A stretch of 64,000 bases of DNA from Haplodiscus bocki (Eukaryota), in contig OZ296649.1 in NCBI GenBank assembly GCA_965655095.1, positions 129,394,001 to 129,458,000 of the forward strand. Reading direction: 5' to 3'. Both the position numbers and the translations under genes were made by a program. Below, in pieces: positions 1-13,612 of the stretch (positions are counted from its first letter, which is position 1; the number at the start of each line of letters is the position of its first letter). The notes beneath the pieces are model-generated. The model was not told the origin of the DNA and ran no database searches. It worked only from the letters and a program-made list of their open reading frames with translations.

Positions 1-3000
1 TTTGTTCCAAAGTGTCAATTACGTTTAACGGAAAAGGCGCAAGTGAAAGTCGTTCTAGCTGGTCTGGCTTGTCGATGCTTCCATTGTTGTTGTTGTGGCC
101 AACTGTATCTTGTTTTTTTTCCCATTTATTCTACCCTGTCATCTGCTGTCAGTTGTCTTTCCAACGATGACAGTTTGGACATATTGACAGCGTCCTGTGC
201 GCCCAAGACAGGTCAGTCAGCACTGACTACTCACGAATGCAACCAGTGCAGTAAAAGCTAAGAAATTTTGGAAACACCAAAGGAGCCTCCGACGGTGTTG
301 ATCGGCATTGTGAGGCAGTTTTCTCGAACGACCCCCTTAATACACCAAAAGTTTTCGAAAACCAGTTTTTCAGAAAACCAGATGACATTCACAGGAAGTT
401 TTAAGACAATGCGAGTTTTTTTTCCAGCAAAGGATTGTGAAAAACCCCTTTCCGTACAATTAATTTTCTCGGAAAAGCCCTAAAGTTTCCGAAGCATCAA
501 AGGCTCGAAACATCAAGAATTTTAAACCTTGCGGGCGGTGCCGTCTTGGGCAGTTCTCGCTTGTTTGGAATATTGTTCGAAAAATTGATGATTTCAAGAT
601 AAGTTTTGCGTCCCTTTTATGAAAGTTATTCCTTGAATGTTCAAGAGCACACTGTTCTGAGAGTATTTCAGTTGCTTTTGTTGTGTATCGTTCTTCGGAG
701 TTAATCAAAAAGAGACAACCCTAACTCAATTGGTAATGATTACTTTTCATCATTCTGCTGCTATGATCCCAAAATGCAATCTTGACATGAAATTTCTTAC
801 AATTTCTTTTTTCAAAACGATGTGGACTGAATATTTTTTGTTCAGTCATTCTTGAACAGTCTATTCTCTGTATACACATGCTTGTCGGATCTACGCACCA
901 GGTTATTTTCTGGTCAATCTTCGTCAATCAGAAATTGTATCAAACCAGACAACCCGTCAAGTTTGCTCACAAAATCTTTTGTCCGGGAGTTTGGAAAACT
1001 TCGACGATCAGATCTTCTTTGAGAGCTTGTACGTCGGCTTGTAACCCAGAAGTTGAAGTGCGAGGAAACTCATCTCCTTGGTTTTGCTGGTCATTAATGC
1101 CTGCGTTGCTGTCAGTGTATACCATATTACATTTAGGTACTGAATCTTCGTAAGGAATAGTTTTGCCCCCTCTTACCTTCTTAGGGGTGTGAGAAGAAAA
1201 CAAAAACTTTTCTTTAATTTATTTCGTCATATATTGTTTGGCGATGAATTGTTTACAAGGAGCACAACTTACCTATAGCAAGAAAGTGAAGCGACGCAAA
1301 CTTACAAAACTGGCAAAGTGCACATAGGAGGAATTGTTGGAGCAAAAAGGTAAGTTTACTGTATAAAAGTAATGTTGTTTGTGTGGAAGTTCAAAAACAT
1401 ATGTTGCCTCTGGCTTTCAGTGTGTGTAAGGTGATTTGTATGGTCAATTAGGTCATTAGCAGCTGTTTCAAGTCTGGTAATTTGTAGTTGCTAGTTCAGG
1501 TATTCACTAACTCCTACGTGATACCCGACTAACCGCATGGTGACTAATACAATACACAATAACAAATACAAAAGCAAGTGTTTAAAAGTTTGCAAAATGA
1601 TGGTAATTACCAAGATTAAATAAGGGCTACTAAAATGAACTAATTACACAAAGTAGGCATGGGAACTGCTAAGTAAAAATTTGTTATGGACAAATTCTTG
1701 AAGCCATTCTGTCAGCTGTTTCGCGGCGATGAGCGTTGTAGTTTACCAAAACTATTCATCACTCGACGTGTTTTGAAATGCTGCTTGAGAGAAATTTGAA
1801 AAAAAATTCTCATTTGGCGTCTGAAATTGAAACCACTCCACTTGCGTACAAATATGGTCGGCAGAAAATTTGTTCCGTGATGTGTTGTGACTTCTCGAAC
1901 ACAATGCCGTAAAAATTGACAATAAATGTATAGTGATAAACAACCGATGATATGATGGAAGTTAAGGTTTCGCTTGTGTAGCAACTTCAACACATGAGGT
2001 GTAGCAACGTGTCGCGTTAGATGAGTGAACACGAATTTTAGGATTGAAACCACTAAGGTGGCAGACAGTTATGTACCAAAAGATCCGCCAATTTCTATGT
2101 ATTTTTCGTCGGTGCTTTTGAAGAAGTGCCCGATTAATATAGTAGCTTTTTTTTGCTTTTTTATTTTCTCGAGACCTAAGAAACCGTCGAAGTTTAAGAA
2201 AATTTCTATTCACCAAACCCGATTTTATTAGTATTCTAGAAGGTCCCGGTGGCTTAGATGGCAGAGAAAAAAGGTGTTCAAGCCTTTGATACCAATTCCA
2301 GACTACCTATTGCAAAAATTGTTTCGGTAGTACGTACGATTTTCCAGTTTTTGGCATGTTTCAATTCTTGGGTGTTTTCTGTATTATTAATATTATTCCA
2401 CCGTTCCCTAATTTTTGAGATACCCCGGTCCGTTTGTCTAGAAGGTAACTCAAAAAGTTTTCAAGCCCTAGATAGGGGCTCGAGACTAGGTAAGAAAATC
2501 CAAATGTAATTTTCCAACAACCCCCACACCCCAAATAGAATTTATGATAAACCCATGGATCGTCGAGTTCTAAGATAACCAAAGAGGATTTACCATTCAT
2601 ATTTTGACCCGAGCTGGCTGCGCCGACTTGGACCGTGCCCGGCTGGTTCTACTGTATGACGACTGAATGGTTTCCGGGAATTTTAGCGATCATCATTGGT
2701 AAATTCAATGACTCTGGGGCCTCACATAGAGCTTTGTGACGCTCGGATTCATGCAGAGTCTAACCTAATGTCTAATCTGTTAGAAGCAATATGACTTAGT
2801 CGCATTCATATTTTTGTGCAGTTCTATAACATCCATAACATTAAAATAACTAACAAGACGGCCGGCTAGCACCGGCATATTTTTCGCCCAACTACAAATA
2901 TTTTGATCAACTTTTGCAAACGGTTAAAAACAAAACAACTGTTTTGATATTAGTTTTCAAAGAGTTTTTACAGACATCAATTCGACCACTGATTTCTGTA

Positions 3001-3013
3001 CCTATGCAAAAGG

Positions 3014-3560
3014 GTATCACGATTCTCCGTTGAAAAATTTTTGTCTCACAGTGCCGAAAAATTTCGTCGAGGAACCCTTCTGTGTTTCAGAAAATTTCCG
3101 GTACCGAAAAATGTTAGGGATGAGAGCGGGCAGGTATCACGATTTTCTGTCAAAATCGTTTTGTCTCACAGTACCGAAAAACTTCGTAGGGGACCCTTCT
3201 GTGCTTCACAAAATTTCTGTATCGAAAAANNNNNNNNNNNNNNNNNNNNNNNNNNNNNNNNNNNNNNNNNNNNNNNNNNNNNNNNNNNNNNNNNNNNNNN
3301 NNNNNNNNNNNNNNNNNNNNNNNNNNNNNNNNNNNNNNNNNNNNNNNNNNNNNNNNNNNNNNNNNNNNNNNNNNNNNNNNNNNNNNNNNNNNNNNNNNNN
3401 NNNNNNNNGTCGAAAATTTTTTGTCTCACAGTGCCGAAAAAATTCGCAGGGGAATCCTTTAGGGTGTCACTGATTTCGGGTATCGAAAAATTTTATGCTT
3501 AAGAGGGTTATGTCACAATTTTTTGTCGATTTTTTTGTCTCGCAGTACCGAAAAGCCTCA
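3014..3560. repeat. Tandem array of ~114-120 bp units, interrupted by an assembly gap
   Basis: The core TTGTCTC(A/G)CAGT(G/A)CCGAAAA recurs at 3041, 3161, 3421 and 3535. GTATCACGATT recurs at 3014 and 3134. Confidence 0.85.
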
Positions 3561-5949
3561 CCCTTTTTGTTTTTCGGGACAGCCAAAAAATTTTCCGACA
3601 AAAAATATGGTATTTCCTCTTTATTATAGCAAAGTTTTTGAAATATTAATTTTTACCAACACCAAAGGTTCCCCAACGCAGCTTTGCCGCAGCGCTAAGA
3701 CAAAATTTGTTCGTCTATAAGAATTGAAATCTTCCTAATCTCGCACTGAATTTTCTTGGGAAACCCAAATTTTTTCAAAGCCCTCAAGTATATTGAGCGT
3801 CATGGACAGCTCCGTTATGGGGTGTGTGCAGCTTCTTTGCACCTAATTCATTACCTATTTTGTCTTTTAACTGATATTCACCTCTTGGCTAAACAGAAGT
3901 TTTTGTTCGCTAATTACAAATAATCGGATGGACTTCGGTTGTGTTTTAAAACTGCAGCAATAATTTTTATTGAACTGAACACTTGGATATTTTAAGGCTC
4001 AAAACTAAAAAAATGGAAAAACTATGATGACCAAACGTTATTTCGGTTTTAGATGAGATTGGAATGCTTTTATCTTTTCGACAGAGAATTAAATTTGGAC
4101 CAAAACCGAAGTAAATGGACCAAAATTAAAAACAAGAGGCACAGTCGCACTGCGAAATTTTCATTCAAAGGTGTGCAGAATTGACTAAAAGAACATTTAA
4201 AAAGTTTTCGACTGACACCTTGTCCAAACAATTCAAGCTATATTCATGTTTGATTCTTTAGTTTGGAATTTTTTGTTATAATTAGTTTTAAATGAAAATT
4301 TATAACACTGAAACAAGCAGTGTGATATCTCAAAAGTACTTTACAAAATCAGGAGTTTGAATATCCCCAACAAAACAATAAATTGCACTTTTCGGCATTT
4401 TCGGCCCATCACGAATATTCTGGTTTTCAATTCGAAGACCCTTCTATAAATAGAAAGCTAACAATTATTATCTTGATGGAAGAAGTGAAGCCAATCGTTA
4501 CGGAGAAATGCGAAACTGAATAAAGGGATATGTCAAAAATAGTATGTTTTAGGCATTTTTCAACTATCAAGATTACAATGCAAAAAAACAAGATCCATTT
4601 TTTTAATGAGTAGTCATCCTCAAGTAGAAAGGCTTTGCTTGAGCTCTTTTTTGGAAGACTTCAAATTCGTACCAGTGGAGAAACATGAGTTAAGAAACCC
4701 GGATGGAACTATTGATAAAATTTTTGGCATTTTCGGCCGGTCACGAATCGAAAACCAAAATACGCACTTAACCCTCAGTACTAGGCTCGCAGCAAAGGCA
4801 TCTCAAAAAAGAAATCGTTCCGTCACATTTTAAAAACCTCGATGCCTCACGGATTTGATACAAAATCTAAGCTTTCAAAAACCCTCTAGCTGCAACAAAA
4901 ATGTTCTGTGTGATGAACTGAAGAATTTTGTTGTAACAAGTTTAAATTGACCTCTTTTTCAGTCCTTCCTTTCAGGATAAACGACTGAAGATCCACAGAA
5001 CGTCCAAACGGCCTTTATATATCACCACGAGCTGGAAATTTGTTTCACTAAAAATGTTGTGAAAAATCTTCCGACCCAAAAATTTTAGGTAATTATTTGG
5101 AAGCTTTCTATTACATTAATCGAGATTTTTGATAGTTTTCTGACTAACTGACCCAATATTTTGAACTTGACCAAAAATTGAAAATATCAGAAGTAGCTCA
5201 TCACATTTTTCCGCCAAAAAACCTTGCTATAAATTCTCACCTCGACCAGCAGCTAAAAGATAAAAGTCAGCAGTCTCTCTGTTTTGCAAAAGAACAAATT
5301 GGGTCGTCTTCAAGCTTATTTTTCAAGAGGCAGCTGCAGGAGTGACGAAAACACATCAAAGTAGCTGAAAACAGCTCGGTTTTCACGTTTCTCCTGCTAA
5401 AAAAGCCTCTCCAAAAAATCTGTATTCTGTGACCGCAGCCAAACCAAAAAAGATAATCGAGCATTTCTTTACATTCTTGTGTGAAATATGAAGTCTACTA
5501 CGATTTATCCTCCTGTATGTGAGACCCCCAATTGACAACAAAAAACGTTCAGAAAACCTCAATTTTCGAGGATCTTTGGCAGAAAGAAACGATCGAAAAA
5601 AATTGACTCTGAAATGAAAACTACTAAATCCTAGCTTGGAGTTTTCGCTGGGACATATTCAAAAATCAAGCACATTGAAGACCTTTGTGCCAAGATAAAA
5701 GACTTGAGATTGACAACTACTTTTGGGGGACGAAAACATGCTTGTTTTTTCAGACTTTTTCGCAGAGCCGTTTGATAAACTTTCCCTCAGCTACCAAAAA
5801 GTAGATCATTATTGAACTTGCTTCCCGCACGAGAAAACTCCACTGAAAAAGTTGGAAAAAGCTACTTTCGAGAGCTGCTCGCAAAAAACCTATCGGAATG
5901 CCTCGTCACCTCAACTGAAATCAACAGTAAGAAAGATTTTGGTTCTCTC

Positions 5950-6600
5950 AATCTGGTTTTAGAAAATGTGAGAACTTGATGACAAATTGAAAAAACTTGA
6001 AACGCACAGAAATCTTCGATATACTCAAAAACCGTAGACTTTCAAAATTTTCAAAGAAAAAAAAGGAAAATCGTCGGATCATAACTAAGTTAAGTACGTG
6101 ATGAAAATAGAGTCTCATCGTAAAATTTGTCCAAAATTGAGGCATTTAGGAGTCCCACATGCTTAACTAAGTGACTCAATTTGACAATTATTGTCAAACT
6201 AATTGAAATTAGCTCGATTTTCAAATCCTTTCTCAAACAAACAACGAAAAAAAACATTGGACTGGAAACAGATCTTGATTTGTGCTGAAACAGGGTCTTT
6301 TCGTTCAGCCTGTGCAAATTTCAGGCAATTTAAACACGCATATGGGGAAACAATTGACTTGTAATGTGAGAACTATTGTGTCTACTTTGACAATATTAGC
6401 TCGATTTTCAAGTGTTTTTTGCAGAAAGAGCATCGGAGCACAACGAAAAATTAGTGTAATAGAGCAGAGTGTCCTCGTTGACTCTTTGCAAAATTGAGGC
6501 AATTTGAAGCCCTACATACGGAAACGACTTATATCATGACCACTTTGTCAAGTTGGCCAAAAATGTCTTGTTTTTCAAAATTCTATCGCAAAGAAAACTT
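5950..6600. repeat. Degenerate ~180-bp tandem repeat
   Basis: ATTAGCTCGATTTTCAA occurs at ~6208 and ~6395. AAAATTGAGGCA-like words occur at ~6133, ~6316 and ~6490. Confidence 0.5.
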
Positions 6601-9600
6601 TCGCACACTCCTCGGACTGCAGCCAGAAATGTCGGACTTTGAGAAAGCTTCCGGGCTGTGAAAACTGCATTAAATGTGTCCAGATTTACGTTTTGAAATA
6701 TAAAAACTAGAACATGCTCAGCCCGAATTGTCAAAACCCGGAGGAAACTCTCCGGAATGCTGAGAGAACGATTTTCCTTTCGTAATATGTTACGACGGAA
6801 AATAACAAGACGCCCGGCAGACTAGGATATTTTCCGCCGTACAAATTAGGGAACAAACTTTTTAAAAAACTGATTCACCAAAAAAGGGAAAAACCAAAGT
6901 TTGCCTTAAGCCTCGAATACGCTGATAATTCACTATGGGTGGTAGTTATGAACAAGAAGTGAACTATCTCTCTTTAGAAGTGAGAATTCTAAATTGGCAA
7001 AATGTCTGAAAAAATGACACTAGACATCGAATACAATTCCTTTCGATGTAAAATATGGAGCCGGATTTTAGTAAGCTTCTTCAGACGAGGTTCAAAATTA
7101 CAGAAACATTTTCCATCGATCGTTGGTTTTGATAATTTGAAGAAAAACTTCAACGTACTAAAATAGGCACTTTGAAACGAAATACTAAAAAAATTCATTA
7201 AAATTCGAAATTTCCTGTTTATCTAAGATTTGGCTTTGGAGATTTCAAAATTCTGAAGAGTTCATTTGAATTAGAGGCTAACGACTAAACACGGCATTTT
7301 TTTTGTTCAAATGGCGTACTTTGCCCCCATCGGAATCTATAAAGTTGCCATTGAAATTTTTCATGAATTTTCTTAGTTGGTTTTCGCGTTCAACAATTCG
7401 CTGCTTTCTCCAAGAATGGACTGCCAAATCAACGTTTGTTTTCTAGAAGCTCAATCAATTTAGTAGTCGACCCAAACTTAGCAAATTTTTCGAGCTCAAA
7501 AAATAGATGGTGGTTAAACGTTGAAACACCCTAACTCGTCTGTCATGACGCTTTCTGATTAAATCAAAGTATAAAAGTGACTTTTCATGATCAGAATATG
7601 GAAGTTTTCTTGAACAATTTGACTACCTCTAAGAGTTCATGTTTGAAACAATTCACTTATCGGGTCATCAAATTTTATCGTTAAGTGTGGCGGGTGGTTC
7701 AATTTGATTATTCTCGACCAGACGCATGATTATAGCTGGTCTAGTGATTCTAGCAAGGTCAACCGTGCAACCGAGTATGAATGCCATTCAGGCTGTTCTC
7801 AGAGGTCTTTTAATGATAATTTTTTGATACAATTTTTGACCGTATGATTCGGTCAGCTTGTTGTGAATCTTCCACGACTATGCCTTCACTTCCAATTTTA
7901 TGTTCCATACGACGCTGTAAGAGTTTACAAGTTGTACATCGATAGTTAATAGTTTAATTAGCAGCAATGCTTCTTCATGATGAAGGAATGTTTTCATCCT
8001 CAAAAAAATTGGAGAATCATTTCAACTTTCGGTAGATACAGATACTGATTCAGTGCGTCGAGTTACGTGCTATATTGCTGCATTTTACTTCTGAAGAACC
8101 TCTAGAAAAGATAAATGATCTATTCAAAACACGGAACAGCAAAAGTGGAATAAAACTTTGACACAAATTGCAACATTGTAATAATTTCGGAATTTAAAAT
8201 CAGAATAAGAAAAACTAACGTTCCATTTACATTTTTCGCATTCATATTCTAATTAAAAGGGGGACAAAAATTGAATTAATAACTGCTTTCATTGATAGGC
8301 AAAACCAAAAATCACCAGTTTTGGTGAACAATTTGATAGACCATCGTTCCAATGAATTAAGGGCAATTTCACGAAAAGAAACGAAGGTTTGGTTTTAGTC
8401 ATCAATGTTTAAATAACTTTTAAAATTTAAATAATATAATTAAAACTAAATGTTATTGTATTGATATCGATTGCACTTAATATTCGCATCTGTTTCTCCG
8501 ACATTTTACAACACATACTAATGCATACAATTCTTGTAACAAATGCACAGCGATTTTGAAAGATATTTTGCAAAAGTGAGGACAACAAAAAGGCCCGCCC
8601 ACTCGTCCGGCGGCATGAACGAGATATCAAAACTGCGCTGTTGGTTTTTGAGGATAGAAAGTAAGACATATTGGATAGCACGCCACATCAATCACACAGC
8701 AAAAAATTCAATGCTTTTGACGTGTTACATTTTAACTTTTAAATATTTGACATACTTCTCTGAGACGATTGATTAGCAGAAGCCATTGATTACAAAGGCT
8801 CTAACTTCTAGTATTTAAGCAAATTTAGACCCAATTTGCTTCATTATGGCACCTCAAAATTTTCCGTAGAACGAACTCATGTGTCAGCAGCTGATAAATC
8901 CAATTTTAACTTAATCGGAAAGTTAATCGCAATTGAACTTCAGTTTTATTAATCTCAGAAATGCTGTTTCCACCATGAGTGCTCACATTTTAGATTTACC
9001 ACCCAGCTAAATCAACGCCAGCTCTGCTTCTTTCATCTTTTCCCACAAATTCATGCATCATAGGATTAACAGTCAAATATGTGAGAAGATATCCATAAAT
9101 AAAATCATTATAATGAAACAACACAATCAGATCAATTTCAGCAATCAATTGAAGTGTGCACCAAGCTTGCCATTTTTTTTCGTTCCAATACTGAGTAAAA
9201 ACAAAGCAGAACATTTGCTCCATTTTTTGAAACAATTATTTGTCAATATTTGAAACTAGAGATTTGCAACACAAACATCAAGGGCAAAATTAGTTACAGC
9301 TAATTCTATTTAATCTAGGCTGGAATCATTGAACCAATTATACTTCTCAACAGGTAAACCCAAACGTCTTCAATGAGAATCACGATTATTGTAGTCCAAG
9401 CTCTCCTGCTTACTTCGTTTCAGAGTGAAATTCTACAGGACTTTGTTGCAAAAGTGTGGTAAGATGACAATTTCAAGTTATCGCCATTTTTCCAATCTCT
9501 TTCATCAGATTGTCCCTAAAAACTGCACTCCAAAATTTACAATTCTTTATTTTGCCCCTGAGAATTGTAGAAGCATTACAAAAACAGCTTGTACCCGCAA

Positions 9601-10234
9601 AGATGAAAACTATTTCAAACTCAAGCTTATTTTAATTGGCTCTACGGGAATGGGGTATTCACTCGCAAAGTTGGACTTTTCCATTGATCTATTATTGCAG
9701 CAAATGAACATAGCAAACGGGAAAGGGGAGACAAGGAACAAGAAGACGCGAAAGGTTGATTGCACGCGATGTTTAATTGGCTTTTAGGTCAAACCTTACT
9801 CATTATTGCATGGCGGTGACCTTTCTTACAACATCATGGTTGTCAAGTCATGGGTTAACTAGAATAGAATGCAGACAGTGACAACTCAGACAAGGTCGGT
9901 TCACCCTAGGTCAGGTCAGGTACGACTAGTTCCCAGAGGTCAAAGGTCAAGGTGTGTATGCAATTGCAGTGTATTAGGGAGAAGTGTATGTAAGAAGGAG
10001 CAGCGACATATGAATCAGATAGACGGTAATGGCGACAACTACAGAGTTGATAAACCAAGATTAGATTGATTGCGATCAGATCCGACAAAATCAGATTAGA
10101 TAGATCATCCTAATTATTTGTAGAGAAGACGAAGAAATCGAATCGAAATACTTACTAAAATAGAAAGATAAACAGGAAAAAAGCAAGTAGAAACAAAATT
10201 AGGACAGAATGAGAGACAGAAAGATAATATGATT

Positions 10235-10240
<6 letters not shown>

Positions 10241-10297
<57 letters not shown>
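10241..10297. repeat. (AG)n microsatellite, ~28 units, just 3' of the G-alpha-i stop codon
   Basis: Seen directly in the sequence. Confidence 0.98.
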
Positions 10298-10300
<3 letters not shown>

Positions 10301-10306
10301 AAGCTG

Positions 10307-10557
10307 CTAAAATAGGCCACAGTCTTTCAAATTAGTCTTTATGATGACATCTGTGCACGCGTCGAACACGAACTGGATGTTAGATGTGTCTGTTGCGCAT
10401 GTAAAATGACTGTAAACTTCTTTCGTCAACTTGCGTCTGTTTAAATTCTCAAACTTCATTTGGATATACTGGCCCGCGTCCATGAAGGTGTTGGGGCCCG
10501 TGTATTCTGGGAAACAATGTGTTAGCGGACTTTTCGTGATCTTTTCTTCAAACAAAT
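10307..10557 (-). CDS. GNAI: G-alpha-i, exon 6 (last coding exon)
   Basis: TTTTAG acceptor, then (D)[20 protein letters not shown]...[33 protein letters not shown]-stop. It has the G5 TCAT motif and the Gi-type C-terminus with Cys at -4. Confidence 0.95.
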
Positions 10558-11074
10558 CTAAAAACAACAATCAATAATAACATAAACAACTTATTACAAG
10601 TTACTTCCACATGCAACTATTAAAACGAAAGTTAACACATTTCTCAACACTAATTTCATCATGATAGTTCGCACGTTTCAAGAGATCGAAAATTCAAGAA
10701 AAAATAATTCAGTTTATCTGGTATATAAATATTACAAACACGCGTAATGATCCATAGACCAAAAATACTTCCAATGGCTACGTTTGCTTGAAGAAAATCT
10801 TCCTCTATTGCCAAGAAAAAGATTTCAGAACTTAAAAAAATCGATTCACTATTTGTAGAAAAAGTTGGTAAAAACTTCAGCATCTGAAATGCTCGTCCGA
10901 AAGAGACGAGTCTATCTGCAGGAGAAACACCGAGAAGACTTGTGAATTGATGTTGCAATAAAAGCGCAACTACAATTTCTATTGCAATGAAAATCTGCAT
11001 TAATAATTTGAAACGCAACTTTGGCACGAAGTGCGAATGAGATGAAAGGGAAAGGGAGAGTGTGAATAAATTAC

Positions 11075-11239
11075 CTTTTTTATTAAGGAATAAGATGATG
11101 CTGGTCTCGATGAACCATTTGTTATTGCATATGGAGTCGAAGAGTCGCATCGATTCCTGTAACCTGTTAGTTTCTTCGTCTTCTGCAAGCAGACAGTCGT
11201 ATCCGCTGAGAGCCACACAAAAGATTATGGCGGTCACTC
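11075..11239 (-). CDS. GNAI: G-alpha-i, exon 5
   Basis: TTTTAG acceptor and GTAATT donor. (G)[54 protein letters not shown]; the G4 NKxD motif is completed by exon 6. Confidence 0.95.
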
Positions 11240-11689
11240 CTAAAATGATCAAACAATACATGCTCATCAGTTTTATCCAATCCAAAATCAAGGTTCATTT
11301 TTGTCACATTTACCATTGGAATCGGCTCAGGTCACTCATGGTATTTCCTGACTTTCAACTAAAAACCGTGACGAACAATCAAACCATTAAGTTTGCGAAG
11401 TTGCAAAGGCGGTATTATTCCACTTCAAAGTTTTTTTAAATAAACGATATCAGCTTTGGCAGTTTCCTATCATATTAGCTAATCTTTCGAAAAAAACCGA
11501 ACGTTATCATTTACTTCTGAATAAAACAGATACAAAAGAAGGTGGATAAAACACTTCAACATTTTCTCATTCGAGCATGTAACAGAGACTCAAAATAGTT
11601 CTTGAGCAAGTTACAAAGTGTGTGATATGAATATCATTCTGAGTAATGCAAAAAAAGTTCGCCATACCTTCATCACCCACAAGAACATT

Positions 11690-11801
11690 AGTAGTAAGGA
11701 AAGGGGGAGGGGGTTAAATGCAATTTTTGACTCCCAAGCCGAAAAGTTTCCAAGTCAAAAACGTCAAAGTACAAAATCTACTGAAACTCAGTTTTGTTGA
11801 C
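11690..11801 (+). repeat. Polinton left terminal inverted repeat (core ~110 bp)
   Basis: Closely matches the reverse complement of 24249-24358, including GGGGTTAAATGCAATTTTTGACTCCCAAGCCGAAAA. Weaker similarity extends to ~11870. Confidence 0.93.
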
Positions 11802-13182
11802 CAGGTACACTAAATGTCATTTTTGACACCTCTCTACTATCATTTTGACATTTATTTGTTCAGCAGTCAAATTGTGAAAGTGGCTCTACAAAACATGAAA
11901 TCCTCAAACTTTGGAGACATTTCGATTTCTAGAGCAGAACTAATGCACCGAACCCCCTCCGACTCAAGAGTTAACAATGCAAAACTCACCTTTCGAGGCA
12001 TGAAGCAGTAACATTGTAAAATAAATTTCACTACTAGAGTTTTTGATAATTGTCAAATTCAGTCCCAACTCGAGATGAACAAAAACTAGGAAAAACGTTA
12101 CCTACAGTATCTAGCTCAGAAACATTACAGTTCACTAGCACACCTGGCACACTCACGTCGTTCAGCTGATTGTAGCATTGCATAAAGGATCGCGACTGTG
12201 CCAAGTCTGCTTTTCTTCCATGTTGATGGAAAATCCAAGTGACTGGACGGAAAATTCCTAACTTTGAAGTGAGTTAGATACCTAGAACTCTGGGGCCGCC
12301 CAATTTTAGGCAAATTCAGCCCACAACCAGTTGCTTTTGATTTTAGGAGTTGAAACCAATGACTACTGTTTTCAGAGAAGTTGCTGCGTACATTTGGTTG
12401 CTCCTATTTTATACCGATGAAAAGACCACAGTTCAAAACCTTTTTGAAACCACGGGACAAACATTTCCTGATACAAGGCCTCCGAGTTTGCGCAATGCTC
12501 TTGAGATCTTAATGTGCTCGCAGAACGCTCAATATGTCAGCAGACAACATCAAGAAAACGATGTGAACTTTGGGCACCTGGACGGAATTTGCCAAACACT
12601 GCCCTCAAATAATCATCATACTTTGCTATTTATTCCAGCTTGTGTCAACGCGGAAAAGCTTTTAAAGCAGACTATTGTCCAGGTTTTATCCACAGCACAA
12701 AACGCTCATGTTGAATTGATGACTGTTTCATATCCCTAAAGCTTTCTCAGAGCAGAAACAAAAAGTAAACACAAGTGCCATTTCAGTCAAAGGCGAAAAG
12801 ATGCAATCCCTATTGAATAACAAGACAACAAATGGAATTGGCTGCAACTTCAAGTGTACGTGGGAGTACGAAAAGCACAATCCATTGGGAACGTCCGGTG
12901 ATACAGAGAAGGCATTGTTTCTTTTTCAACGACTGGTTGAGTTTGAGAAGTCAGACGCGCCGTTTAAATACACGTAATATCCTTCATCGAACTTTTGCAA
13001 AAACGAATAGGGCGACTTTACTTGTCTGAACACAGTCGTACCTTGGATATTGATTTGGGTCTAACTAATGAGCAATGCACGTGTTTTGAATGCCTCAATC
13101 AACCACTTCACCTTATCGGTTTGACAACCCATGAAGCGAATAATTATAGTCCACAACTTTTTTCTGTTTATGACAAGGATAC

Positions 13183-13612
13183 AATGATTGATACATCATT
13201 TCTTCGGAAGTTTTGCTGTGAATTAAACGCTCGCTTCAAAACAAACTATGGGAACAAACATGTTTTCTCAAAGAATATTTCCGAAAACTTCGAAAGTTAC
13301 TTAATGGTTTCCAAAAAACACAACTTCTAAAAATTCTAAAAATGCTTTTCATGCAGTGTTTCTACTTGGATGAGAGAATAGACCTGCATAAAGTCAACTC
13401 AACGGCGCCATTCGGAGGTAAAATTGGGGCAGGAGAGAGTCTTCTCCATAAATACTTGAAATTTTCAAAAATTTCAAGAAACCACAGAACTTTTCATGAT
13501 GCCTATGGCTACATGGAGCAAAAAACGTCGGGCCTGGTTACGTTTATACATTAACAACTGAGAAGTACTTTAGAAACAGCATGTTATTAAGTCAAATTTC
13601 GGGAATTTTATA
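13183..13612 (+). pseudogene. Small Maverick accessory protein with G-rich loop, HD and GPGY motifs (possibly PLA2-like), frameshifted
   Basis: APFGGKIGAGES...FHDAYGYMEQK, then after a frameshift VGPGYVYTL...NSMLLSQISGIL. Homologous relics lie at ~38500-38700 and ~40480-40660 on the minus strand. Confidence 0.55.

Noticed and set aside
700-1200. Minus-strand fragments faintly resembling the PC4-like Maverick ORF at 41300-41815
   Set aside because: Only a few scattered residues match across several frame changes; not supportable without a profile search.
3030-3502. ORF-track entries running through N-gaps (also 16300-17299 and 32795-33175)
   Set aside because: Their length is an artefact of N runs containing no stop codons.
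10114-10320. ORFs with poly-(SL) tracts (also 33144-33374)
   Set aside because: These are translations of (AG)n microsatellites.
10659-11291. 210-aa ORF as a complete protein
   Set aside because: Only 11075-11239 is G-alpha-like and it is bounded by AG/GT; the rest is open intron sequence.
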